The notes beneath the pieces are model-generated. The model worked only from the letters and a program-made list of their open reading frames with translations, was not told where the DNA came from and searched no databases. 32,142 nt of DNA from NCBI RefSeq assembly GCF_001194135.2, contig NC_068989.1, positions 39,731,084-39,763,225 of the forward strand, in the 5' to 3' direction. Positions 11,976-23,275 of this stretch are shown one piece after another. The first letter of the stretch is position 1; every line of letters starts with the position of its first letter. The DNA comes from Octopus bimaculoides (taxonomy: Eukaryota). The position numbers and the translations under genes are program-made.

Positions 11976-12211
11976 ACCGCAGTCCACAGATATTGCTTTG
12001 TGCTGAGTGAGAATGCTGAACTCCCCAGTTCGAAAATATAAGGACATAGATAGTGTGTCATATACCCAGCTGGAGATGATATTGCCTGGGGCTAAAAAAC
12101 AGTAACATTTGTCCCAACCGGGACTGCCACATTCTGTTGGCAAATAATCTTTACTTTAGAGTACTGTTACTGAATGTCTCTCATTAAGAGATTTAGAAAT
12201 GATAATGTTTC

Positions 12212-12249
<38 letters not shown>

Positions 12250-12479
12250 CACATAAACATATACATGTATGTATATATATATATATATATAAGTGATTAA
12301 TAAATACAAGTAGTTACCTATAATGCACTCTGTTAAATGAATTTAGCTAACTGTACCAAAGAATCAGATACTAATAAATGCAAGTAGAATAAACATTCAA
12401 AGTAATTCTTCATGTATATGTATAAGCTTGTATGTGTGTAGATATATATATGTGTATGATAGAAAGAGGTGAGAGAACT

Positions 12480-12640
12480 GCACGTGTGTATGACTGTGGT
12501 TATGAAACTTCGTTTGCAACCATGTTTTCAGGTTCTGTCTTATTGTGTGCCACCTTGAGCAAGTATTTTCTTCTTTATCCCTAAGTCAGGTAATTCTTTA
12601 TGAGCAAATTTGATATATGGAAACTGTGCACCTGCTTGTT
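12480..12640 (+). mobile_element. Decayed family B (CORE-like) SINE
   Basis: GTGCCACCTTGAGCAAGTATTTTCTT...ATTTGATATATGGAAACTG. Confidence 0.55.
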
Positions 12641-12904
12641 TTATACATACATACATACATATTTTGTAAACAAACTTTAGAAACACCAAGTGTGTTGGTA
12701 TTTTACAGACAAGAATGTAAGTTTAGCTCCGGGCCAACTAATATTTTATGAGCAAATTTGGTATATGGAAAGTCTGGACCTGCCTGTTTTAAACATACAT
12801 ACATACATATCTATCTTTCTCTCTCTATATGTATATATATATATTGTAAACAAACTTTAGAAGCACCAAGTGTGTTAGTATTTTTGCAGACAACAATGTA
12901 AGTT
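12597..12904 (+). repeat. Imperfect tandem duplication (units ~12597-12724 and ~12746-12904)
   Basis: TTTATGAGCAAATTTG.TATATGGAAA and TGTAAACAAACTTTAGAA.CACCAAGTGTGTT.GTATTTT each occur twice in the same order. Confidence 0.85.
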
Positions 12905-12933
12905 TTGAACACAGAATAACTGTGTAAACAACT

Positions 12934-13940
12934 GAGAAGATGGAAAAAATAAGTTGCCAATAGGCAGCTATAGAAAATTGAACCCCATGTCTCTCAGGTA
13001 CCAGCTGAGTGCTCTATACCATTTAGCAAGGTGGTCTCTGACAACAATTACCATCAATTTTAATGTTAAATATTGGGTCATCCCATAAATGATGTGTTTT
13101 GTTTATACTTCTTTTAGTTTTCAAAATTAAGATAAGCAAAGTTCTTTTTTAATCTAAGATATACTATCCTTCATTTTTTACAATGCTCTTCCATCTATAT
13201 GGTAGGCTTGCAAGGCCCTCTTCCAAAATTCACTTGTCCATGATTAAAAAGTAGTCCTCTAGTACTGTTCTGACCTCATCTACAGAATTCACATTTTTTC
13301 CATCCAAATGATTTTGAAGACTGCGGAATAAATGATAATCAGATAGGGCAATGTCCAGAAAATATGGTGGGTGGGGCATCATTTCCCATTCAAACTGCTC
13401 CAGCCTTTGGAATGTCATACTCGCTGTATGTGGCTGAGAATTATCCTGATGGAAGAACACCGTTCGTCTTGAAACCAAAGATGGTTGTTTTTCTTCTGGC
13501 ACTGACTTGAATGACTGATTGAATGACCAAATCCAAACTTCTCTGTTAGTTACTTAACAGTTACAATGGGATTTCGTTCCACCAGAGTTTGCAAGACGTC
13601 CTCGTCAAGCTCTTCACATTTTTCAGGACAAGGATCGTCTTCTAGGCTGTAGTTTCCAGCTCAGAATTTCAGGAACCACCATTGACACTCGCTTACGTTT
13701 ATTGTCTGATCCCCATATACTGCATTAATATTCCTCACACTTTCTGTTGTGTTGTTGCTTTTGTTGAACTTATTAATTGGGATAAACCAATAATAGCATT
13801 CCCAAAAGCTATTACTTAGCATTAAAATTGTTGTCAGGGGCTGTGTAGCTTAATAATACAGAGCACTTACCCAGTATCTGAGAGATATGGAGTTCGGTTC
13901 TCTTTAGCCACCTGCTGGCAACTTTTCTTCTGTCTTCTAA
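12934..13940. repeat. Imperfect inverted repeat, ~135-bp tRNA-like arms (12934-13072 and 13813-13940), enclosing a mariner remnant
   Basis: Left AAGTTGCCA...GAACCCCATGTCTCTCAGGTACC...GAGTGCTCTATAC...CTGACAACAATT is complementary to right AATTGTTGTCAG...TACAGAGCACTT...GTATCTGAGAGATATGGAGTTC...TGGCAACTT. Confidence 0.75.
13073..13790 (-). mobile_element. Non-autonomous mariner with two internal deletions, degenerate TIRs and a TA at both ends
   Basis: HTH remnant (TESVRNINAVYGD...GNYSLEDD) joined at ~13520 to the catalytic C-terminus (HQDNSQPH...PHPPYFLDIALSDYHLFRSLQNHL). Ends are TA|TTGGGTCATCCCATAAAT and ATTAATTGGGATAAACCAA|TA. Confidence 0.8.
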
Positions 13941-13997
13941 TAGTAAACACCCAATCTTTCTTGGCTATTTTCATAGCTATAGTGCATTCGAAATTTA

Positions 13998-15283
13998 CGA
14001 GATGGTATCAAAAAGTTCCTGGACTATATATACATTTACTAAGAAATAACTTATCTACTTAAGTTTTAACTTTATTTCTTTCGAAATAGTCACCTTACAC
14101 AACAATACACTGGTCCCTGTGTTCTAACCACTTTTGGAATCTGGCTTGGAGGTTGTTTTCCATAGGTGGGAGTACCTTCTGCATTTTACTCTGGATCTCA
14201 ACAACACTGTTAAAATGGTAACCTTTGAGCTGCAGCTTCGTCTTGGGAAAGGGATGGAAGTTTGCAGGTGCTAAATCTGGTGAATAGGGCAGATGTGGAA
14301 GTGATACCATATTGCCTTTTGGTGAGAAAGCTCATTGACAGGGTGTATTGTTGTTGTGAAGAATCCAATTCTTTGCACTCCAGAGATCTGGTCACTTTTG
14401 CCAATGTCCTCCCTCAAATGCTTCAAAACATCACAGGAGAACTCTTGATTGATGGTCCGACCCTGGAGGATGAATTCTAGGTGCACAATACCACAGATAT
14501 TGAAAAAATATGATGGGCAGGGTCTTGATTGAGCTGCGACTCTGTCATACCTTCTTTGGTCATGGAGATGAAGGGCTCTTCCATTGTGACAACTGGTGCT
14601 TCATCTCAGGGTCATTTCCATAGACCCAACTCTCATCAGCAGTGATGATCCTCAACATGAAGGATGGACCATCAGCAGCATGCTGACAGAGATCTTGACA
14701 GACTTCAATATGATGTTCTTTCTGCTCAGTGGTCAGTGGGTGGGGGACAAACTTGATAGAGACATGCCACATGTTCAATTCAGATGTTAGGATTGCCCAT
14801 ACAATAAACCAACAACATCAGTAATTTTTGTTGATTGTCCACTGACTATCCTCATGCACAAGCTGATGAATTTTTTCCACATTTCTGACGGTGATGGTCA
14901 TGGCAGGTCTTCCAGATCACTCATTGCCTGCCAGGGACGTTCTTCTGCTTTTGAAGTATACAACCCATTGTGTACGACCCATTGCCTTGTTGCTGTAAGC
15001 TTGCTGAAGCATACTCAACGCCTCTGTAGCAGACTTCCCAAATGTAACACAAAATTTCACATTGGCTCTTTGTTCCAACTTCCTGTCCATGAGAAAATCT
15101 CAGACTACAGCATACATATGATCACAAAAACACAAATTTCACAGGCTGCGAAGCAGACACAGTGATATTACTCAGCACACTGCTTCATGGAGGTGACTGC
15201 TAGCTGTCACAGCACATGCCTCTGTGTGCTGCCATCTATTGGCGTACTACAGAACCAGTCTGAGAAATTTTGATATCACCACG
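13998..15283 (-). mobile_element. Full-length (1286 bp) but inactivated mariner, different from the neighbouring one
   Basis: TA|CGAGATGGTATCAAAAAGTTCCTGGACT ... AGTCTGAGAAATTTTGATATCACCACG|TA. Fragmented transposase: FVPHPLTTEQK, IITADESWVY, HLEFILQGRTINQEF, PYSPDLAP. Confidence 0.9.
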
Positions 15284-15306
15284 TACTTCCTTGTTTGTAA
15301 AATACA

Positions 15307-15359
<53 letters not shown>

Positions 15360-15572
15360 TGTGTGTGCATGCATGTGTGTGTGTGTGTGTGCATATGTGT
15401 ATTTGTATGTGGGGGTCACAACTTGAAAACAGTTATTTGTTTTTGTCCCTGTAACTTAGATATTTGGTGAGAACAAGATTGATAGAATAGGTGCCATATT
15501 TAAAGAAGTAATTGACTAAAGCCCTTCTAAGTAGTGCACCAGCATGGCTACAATACACTCTCTGAAACAAGT

Positions 15573-15870
15573 ATCTGTATATATAAAACTGAGAATGTCT
15601 GTCTGTCTGTTTGTCTATCTATCTGTCTCTCTGTATGTGTGCATCACTAAAACCAGAGAACGACCCAACCAATTTTCATTTGAATTTTACACGTGTCTTA
15701 CTTAAGGTCCATGTATGTCATGGAGCAAAAAAATTTTCAACTTCTTGCTTAATGTGAGCCCTGAGCAATCTCTTATCTCTTACACTATTTCAGTATTACG
15801 TGTCAAAAGTGAAACAATAATGTTTCTATTGTAATGTGAGATAATAATTTCAGTTTTAATTATTTCACTA
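15573..15870 (+). mobile_element. Non-autonomous Helitron/Helentron-associated (DINE/HINE-like) element
   Basis: Begins ATCTGTATATATAAAACTGAGAAT, then a (GTCT)n microsatellite, then core-like CCAACCAATTTTCATTTGAATTTTACAC; family assignment from memory. Confidence 0.55.
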
Positions 15871-15904
15871 ATACTACTGAAGCTATTATCTCACATATAT
15901 ACAA

Positions 15905-15947
<43 letters not shown>

Positions 15948-16482
15948 NNNNNNNNNNNNNNNNNNNNNNNNNNNNNNNNNNNNNNNNNNNNNNNNNNNNN
16001 NNNNNNNNNNNNNNNNNNNNNNNNNNNNNNNNNNNNNNNNNNNNNNNNNNNNNNNNNNNNNNNNNNNNNNNNNNNNNNNNNNNNNNNNNNNNNNNNNNNN
16101 NNNNNNNNNNNNNNNNNNNNNNNNNNNNNNNNNNNNNNNNNNNNNNNNNNNNNNNNNNNNNNNNNNNNNNNNNNNNNNNNNNNNNNNNNNNNNNNNNNNN
16201 NNNNNNNNNNNNNNNNNNNNNNNNNNNNNNNNNNNNNNNNNNNNNNNNNNNNNNNNNNNNNNNNNNNNNNNNNNNNNNNNNNNNNNNNNNNNNNNNNNNN
16301 NNNNNNNNNNNNNNNNNNNNNNNNNNNNNNNNNNNNNNNNNNNNNNNNNNNNNNNNNNNNNNNNNNNNNNNNNNNNNNNNNNNNNNNNNNNNNNNNNNNN
16401 NNNNNNNNNNNNNNNNNNNNNNNNNNNNNNNNNNNNNNNNNNNNNNNNNNNNNNNNNNNNNNNNNNNNNNNNNNNNNNNNNN
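15948..16482. other. Assembly gap (535 N)
   Basis: N run flanked by (AT)n. Confidence 1.
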
Positions 16483-16913
16483 ATATATACAAGCATACAT
16501 ACACACACACACATATATATATGCATGTATATATGTGTATATGCATCTGCACATATATATGTATGTATATATATGTATATATAGATATATATGTATACAT
16601 ATGTATCTATATCTATAAACAGCAGGATGTGTGTGTATGTGAATGTACTTTATGCACGTCCACAAATTAGCAAGCATGTTGCTCCAATTTTAGAAGGACA
16701 ACCATAACTTTTATCAATTTGGAATGTCAGTGAAATCTGTAAGTTTGCTAACATGAGTTAAGTCCCCTTCTTGCAATGGCGAAGAGAAGATGTGTGTTGA
16801 TATGTATGTGTGTGTGTGTGGGTGTATGTGTTTGTGAGGGGGAGAGAGAGAGTGACAGCATACATTTTAAAAATTTACTTTTCATTGCATCTTTTTTGAG
16901 TGAGTGATTGACT

Positions 16914-16953
<40 letters not shown>

Positions 16954-17157
16954 TAGCATAATGCCCCCCTCTCTCTCTCTCTTTCAAACACACTAAGAAA
17001 AACGTGAGAAAATGTAAATAAATACACTATCTCTCTCTCACCCACAGCAACACACACCTCTCTCTTTCCAGCAACACACACCTCTCTCTCTCAGTCAATC
17101 ACTCACACACTCAATCAAAAAAGATGTGAGGAGAAATAAATTAAAAAACTGTACTCT

Positions 17158-17602
17158 NNNNNNNNNNNNNNNNNNNNNNNNNNNNNNNNNNNNNNNNNNN
17201 NNNNNNNNNNNNNNNNNNNNNNNNNNNNNNNNNNNNNNNNNNNNNNNNNNNNNNNNNNNNNNNNNNNNNNNNNNNNNNNNNNNNNNNNNNNNNNNNNNNN
17301 NNNNNNNNNNNNNNNNNNNNNNNNNNNNNNNNNNNNNNNNNNNNNNNNNNNNNNNNNNNNNNNNNNNNNNNNNNNNNNNNNNNNNNNNNNNNNNNNNNNN
17401 NNNNNNNNNNNNNNNNNNNNNNNNNNNNNNNNNNNNNNNNNNNNNNNNNNNNNNNNNNNNNNNNNNNNNNNNNNNNNNNNNNNNNNNNNNNNNNNNNNNN
17501 NNNNNNNNNNNNNNNNNNNNNNNNNNNNNNNNNNNNNNNNNNNNNNNNNNNNNNNNNNNNNNNNNNNNNNNNNNNNNNNNNNNNNNNNNNNNNNNNNNNN
17601 NN
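17158..17602. other. Assembly gap (445 N)
   Basis: N run. Confidence 1.
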
Positions 17603-17695
17603 GTTTATATTTACTCCTTTGGCTGATTAAGCGATGTAAAGTGTATTTAATCTCCATACCTTCGTTTTATTTGCTTTTTTCATTTTAAATTTGCT

Positions 17696-17753
17696 TTAAC
17701 CCTAACCCTAACCCTAACCTTAACCCTAGGGTTAGGGTTAGGGTTAGGGTTAA
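17696..17753. repeat. Interstitial telomeric-type repeat forming a palindrome, (CCCTAA)n-CCCTAGGG-(TTAGGG)n
   Basis: Directly visible; symmetry axis between 17727 and 17728. Lies within a probable interspersed element (~17603-17991). Confidence 0.9.
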
Positions 17754-17999
17754 TTGTTTCAGAATCGTTTATTTATGTAGTCGGCACTTAATGTATATCG
17801 GCTGAATGAACGTCAGTGATTGGTTGAAATTACAGAAATACGACAACTTTAACATGGAATAACTTAGGGATTTCTTTTTTTTTTAAGAAGACTAAGAGAA
17901 AAAGATGTTTTATATGACACATTCTACCAGTGTTCCAAGTTTCAAAGTGTTTCATTAATGAAAAATGTGGTCCCCGTTTTAAAAAAGATCCAAATTTAT

Positions 18000-19102
18000 T
18001 GTCATTAGTGTTAATGACTTAATAGTAGAAATGACTGGGTTTTGATTTAGATTCATGGAGCCAAGTTTTCATCTCTTTGTCTTTGATTTGGACAGCAACC
18101 ATAAAAGTGATAATCTGAAGGCAATGTATCAAAAGAACTTAGTGGGTATGGTAGAACTTCCCACTGCAATCAGTTAACATTTGTGGTCAAATTAACATCT
18201 TGGGGCAATTATTTTCATGTTGATGAAGCATTCTGTGTTACCAGTCATATCATTTCAACTGGTTTACCTTGTTAAGCCAGTGCATTTGCTGAACATAATG
18301 CACTGCATTGACTGTGTGGTTGTTTTAAAGCATTTTGTAGTGAATTAACCTGCTCAATAACCACAAACCCAGATCATTGTCTTGCATGAATGCAGCACTG
18401 TCTTGGCTTGAGCTGTTGCTTGCTTATCAGGACTCAGCCTTTTTAATTCTGTTTTATATTGATATTAAGACAATAATTTTCCATTGCCTGTGATGATGTG
18501 GTAAAGAAATTTCTGTTTGTGTCCACAAGTAGCCTCATGCCAAGTGAGAAACTCACAGTAATAGAAGAACATTGGAGTTTGTCTCTTTTTTTCAGTGTAT
18601 GCTGCACCCATGCACCAAGCTTTTGAATCTTACCCAGTGAGCAAAGTTGGCGGGTGACAGTATTCCATCTGCCAGACCAATTCCTTAGTGGGTTGGTGCA
18701 GGTCCTCATTCAATCAATCCTGATTGAACTGGACTGATTTGTCAGAATGTGGAGCATCTGTGAGGTTGAATTTCTTCTCCTTGAAGTGTGGAAACCATCT
18801 CTATTCATTCTTTCAGTAATGGTGCTTTCTCTGTATGTAGCACAAATGATTTAAATGACTCTGGAACCGTGGTTGAAAGTAAAGAGACAGGTGTTGAAAA
18901 TGCCCGTTTTTCTCTTTGACATACCACCATTGTATGTCTGAAAAAAGTTAAAGTTTATTCAAAATGCAAAAATGTTAACAAAAGTTGTAGAAGAAGGAAT
19001 AGAGTTACAGAGAAAAAAAGAACCATGAAATAATATAATAAAAAATTATTTTTCGTGTTAATTTAACGCTGAAAAAATATCAACAAATTTATGACAATCC
19101 AA
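18000..19102 (-). mobile_element. Third mariner, heavily decayed, one TIR retained
   Basis: Remnants LGKIQKLGAWVQHTL, LSPDKQAT and WEVLPYP...PSDYHF; right end AAATTTATGACAATCCAA|TA. Confidence 0.75.
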
Positions 19103-19133
19103 TATTCATACATACATACATATACATATATAC

Positions 19134-19187
<54 letters not shown>

Positions 19188-19193
<6 letters not shown>

Positions 19194-19236
19194 CCAACCC
19201 ATGCTAGCATGGAAAGCGGACGTTAAACGATGATGG
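19188..19236 (+). mobile_element. Short family C 3' fragment embedded in (TA)n
   Basis: GTCCAACCCATGCTAGCATGGAAAGCGGACGTTAAACGATGATG. Confidence 0.65.
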
Positions 19237-20329
19237 TATATATATAATATATATATATAAATTATATCACAAAATGGCAGCTTACTCTCTATTTGTGTTT
19301 TGCCTGGCATCTGATTGGAATTATATGAGGAAGAAAGTGCATCAATGCAAACTTCTTTGTTCTGGGAATTTGTAAGAATATGTGCTTGTCTTTGAGTGTC
19401 TATCAGAAAGTAGTAATCAAATTTTTTTTTTTTTTGTTTTGTTAGTATTTACATATATAGGGAATGATATGCATACAGGCATGAGTTATCATTTTGACAT
19501 CCATCACTTTTATCATTACCAACATCCATTGATATCTATCATATTCTTTCTTTCTAACATTACTTCTTTCATCATTCATTGTTGATGTGCATCATTCTCT
19601 CTCTCTCTTTGTCTTGTTTACTCTCTCCTGTCACTCTCTTTTGTTTCACTTTTTCCATCACCCTGACTCCTTCAAATCACTTTCTTTTCCTTTCCTCTCA
19701 TTCAATCACCATGTCAACAAACAGCTTATACCTATCACTGCATCTCTTCCATTGCTGCCACCCTCTATAACCTTCTTACCTTTCTTATTTTTACTATCAT
19801 GCTTCCATTGCTACCCCTCTTATCATCCACATGTCTTTAGCACTGTTTCTCTTTTATTGTTACCTTTCTGTAACTCTTTTGCACCTGTTTCTGTCTTCCT
19901 TCCACTGCTACTTTTTGAATCACCCTCTCTCCTTATCACTGTCTCTCTTCCATTACTTCCCCTTCTGTCGCCCTCTTGCCTCTTTCACAGTTTCTCATTG
20001 CTACTCCCTCTATCAAACTCTTTCTCACTCCTATTTTTGCATTTCCCCATCATAATCTTTCTCCTGTCATCCTTTACCCTAATCTTCTCTCTTTCATCAA
20101 ATTAACAAATCCTAGGTTATTAAGTATAATTGCATGTTCTTAGCTAAGAACTTCTCTTGTAACTGTCTCTTTTAGGAGACTGTATTGCTGCTACTGTTTC
20201 CTTAATCAAGCCCAAACTGTATTTCATCTAAGCTAAATACAAATGATTAAAATTCAGTAGTCTTCATCCTTTTTCATTCTTTCCATGTATATAATGCTGA
20301 TAATAATAATAATGATGATGATGATGATG

Positions 20330-20371
<42 letters not shown>

Positions 20372-20393
20372 GTAATAATAATAATAATAATAA

Positions 20394-22942
20394 TCATACC
20401 ACTTTTTTGCTCTGTCAGGTCCATACTTGTTGCAAAGTGTCCAATGGACAATCCTTGCTATGTTGTCATGACGTCTCTTATATTCTTTCTGGGCTAGTGG
20501 CGTACATTGACTGGTAATATGCCATACGGTCACACCATTTTGTCCACAAATTCTGCACTTATCACTTTCTGATGTGTTGTCTATTTTGTATTTGTTGTAA
20601 TTCATTCTTAATGCTTTGCTCTTGGGCAGCACAGATTAGAGCCTCCGTTTCTGGTTTTAAATCACTTTTAGTCGTCCTTAGCCATCGTTTTTCTCTGTTT
20701 GTCTTACCTTCAACATCCCTATGAAATTGTCCATGCATTCTTTTCTTTATCCATCTATTTTCAGTTTTATTCATTCTCAAATCCTTGTACAGTGCTTTAT
20801 CTTTGCAAGCTTCCATCCTACACAAGCCTGACCTTCTTACTTCCAATAATAGCAGTTCTGCGGCATTTTTTACATACCATGCTATGTTGTTTTCTTCTGC
20901 TCTAATGCTGTGTTCACATCCAGTCAGTCCTCTTCCCCCTCTTTTTCTTGGTACATATAGTCTGTCTATGTCACATTTTGGGTGGAGTATCCCATATCTA
21001 GTCAGCAACTTCCTTGTCTTTCCATCTAAGCTGTTTAGTTTATCTACTGTCCATGCAATTACCCCTGCTCCATATCTAAGGAGTGAAACCTCCCAGGTGT
21101 TGATAACTGCTTCGATCTTATTCCGTCTGTTTAATTTCGACTTAAGGATCCTTCTTAGTCTGTGCAAGTACTCCACCTTAAATTTTTCTGTCATTTTTTT
21201 GTCCATCAATTTATCTATTTCCAAAATCCCCAAGCACTAACAGCACATCTCTTCTATCTGCTTAATAACCTCCCCCAACAGTATCGTTAGTCTGTCCATA
21301 CATTTGATTTCGCCTCTCTTCAAGACTAACACACCACACACTCTCAGTATGAACTCCATTCTGATATCAGTACTGAAGGTATACACCGTATCAATGAGGG
21401 AACTGACTTGGAATTCATCTTTACCATAAAGTTTGAGGTCATTCATGAATAACAAGTGGTTGACATTTTGTTGGCGGCTTTTGAATATATACCTAGCCTT
21501 TGCTTTCCTCGAAATCAGTGTTAGTGGTATCATGCACAGTACAAAGATCAGTGGGGATAGGCAGTCCTCTTGGAAATTGCCTCTCCTAATTTCTACTATC
21601 CCTAAACTTCTTCCATATGCTGTCAGTTCCATCCTTCATTTCACCATACTTTTTCCAAGCAATCACTCAACATTCAATGCAATACCAAATAGGTTCATAC
21701 ATTCCATAATCCAAGAATGTGGGATCATATTCTATGCCTTACGATAATCGATCCATAACATGGCTAAGTTACTTTTCCTCCTCTTGCAGTCTCTAAGTAC
21801 AGTTTTGTCTACCAGGTTTTGATCCTTGGTACCTCTGCACTTACGCTTGCAACCCTTCTGCACATGTGGCAGGACACCATTTTTTTCCAGATCACCATGC
21901 ATTTACTCTGTGACTATTCCAGTCAATAATTTCCACATAAGTGGCAAGCAGGATATTGGCTTGTAATTGTCTACTGTATCACCTTTTTCAATGTTTTTCA
22001 ATCACAGTACTGTCCTACCCAGTGTCAACTACTCTGGTGTTACTTGGTCAGCATTTAACAAGGTATTGAGTTGCATAGCTATTCGTGCATGACATTCAAC
22101 AAATCTTTTGATCCAGTAACGTTGAAATGTATCTGGTCCAGGGACCTTTCGATTGCCCATTTTTATGCTGATTTCCTTCACTTCCCTAACTGAAACGACT
22201 ATTTTTGCCTGTTTTGGACAGACTACTGTTTGTTTCAGTTCTTGCAACTATTCAGCATCCTTCTTGTACTCCTTGTCTTTGTTCTAGATGTCACTCCAAA
22301 ACCTTTGACTTTAAATGTTATCTGGTATCAACTTTTCATCTGCACACTCTCCATTTATTTCTTTGTAGAATCTCTTCTGATCTACTTTGAATAACCTATT
22401 CTGCTGGTATCATTTCATTCTTACCATCTTTGATTTCTTTACAATGAAGCACTGTTTCAGTTCCTCCATTACCACTTTCAGGCCCTTTCTTTCAATATCA
22501 TACTTCCTGTTTTATGATTCAGTGCGACCATGAAATAGAGAATAGGAAACCAGACATAGTGTTAATTGAGAAAGAAAGCAAATGATGCTGGATCATAGAT
22601 ATAGCATGCCCAGTTAACAACAAGGTATGCGATAAGGAAGAAAGAAAAGTTGATAGATATAACAGGTTAGCTTGGGAGGTTAAACAGTTGTGGTTGCTGA
22701 AAAAGGTGGTAGCAGTACAAATAATTGTCGGAGCCCTGGGAATTGTGAGTAAAATTCTTGAGAAGTACATAGAACAAATAGGGGCTGCAATAAGGGTGGA
22801 GCACTTGCAGAAAATCGCACTGCATGGTACCGCTCAAATACTCTGGATGGTGCCTGAAAAATAAGGGGTGTTACCTTAGTTCATTAGTAGTGAACAGCTG
22901 ACACTGTAGTACATCTCCAGCATTAGAAGCTGTGCAAAGACA

Positions 22943-23001
<59 letters not shown>
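20394..23001. mobile_element. Dong/R4-clade RLE LINE with a 5' inversion: inverted body 20394-22508 (-), 3' end 22510-22945 (+), (TAA)n tail 22946-23001
   Basis: Minus strand: [21 protein letters not shown] motifs (IRRGNFQEDCLSPLIF, NHLLFMNDLKLYGK), LHPKCDIDRLYVPRKRGGRGL, zinc knuckle CRICGQNGVTVWHITSQC...RRHDNIARIVHW...KKWY. Plus strand: FMIQCDHEIENRKPDIVL...IIDIACP...IIVGALG...LQKIALHGTAQIL*. Flanked on the left by (TAA)n at 20301-20393. Confidence 0.88.
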
Positions 23002-23129
23002 TTGTTCATCCATTGTTGTTGATGACCAAAGACATCACATGAGAGAAGATGGGTCACAGTGCATCTGGCTGTGGCCAATCAGGCCAATGCATGCCTGCAA
23101 GTTTCTGCCACAAGTTAGGCACTGGTGAT

Positions 23130-23275
23130 CTGCTGGGAATAAAGGCAAGGAGTCTGTTAAAGTTACCAGCCTTGATGAAAAGATGGCTACTACCTATTAT
23201 CATGGTACTTTGCAAAAGGATGTCATAGAAGTGGTCCTTATATTTGTCTGTGAGTCCTGACAGTGGCAATACATG
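23130..23275 (-). mobile_element. Decayed RTE-type APE endonuclease fragment
   Basis: GLTDKYKDHFYDILLQST...LFIKAGNFN resembles the RTE motif QP GL...KD.FYD.L...GDFN. Confidence 0.45.

Noticed and set aside
13836-13912. Functional tRNA gene (also the SINE heads at 11302 and 31191)
   Set aside because: A/B boxes are degenerate, stems are mismatched, and the sequence continues into repeat bodies, so it is treated as tRNA-derived repeat.
15860-17657. Long ORFs across N runs
   Set aside because: Artefacts of translating assembly gaps.
17696-17753. Ancient telomere-telomere fusion scar
   Set aside because: A fusion gives (TTAGGG)n then (CCCTAA)n; the order here is reversed and the tract is very short.
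20562-21632. Active reverse transcriptase
   Set aside because: The ORF is split by stops and frameshifts, the catalytic motif is MND rather than MDD, and the element is truncated and inverted.
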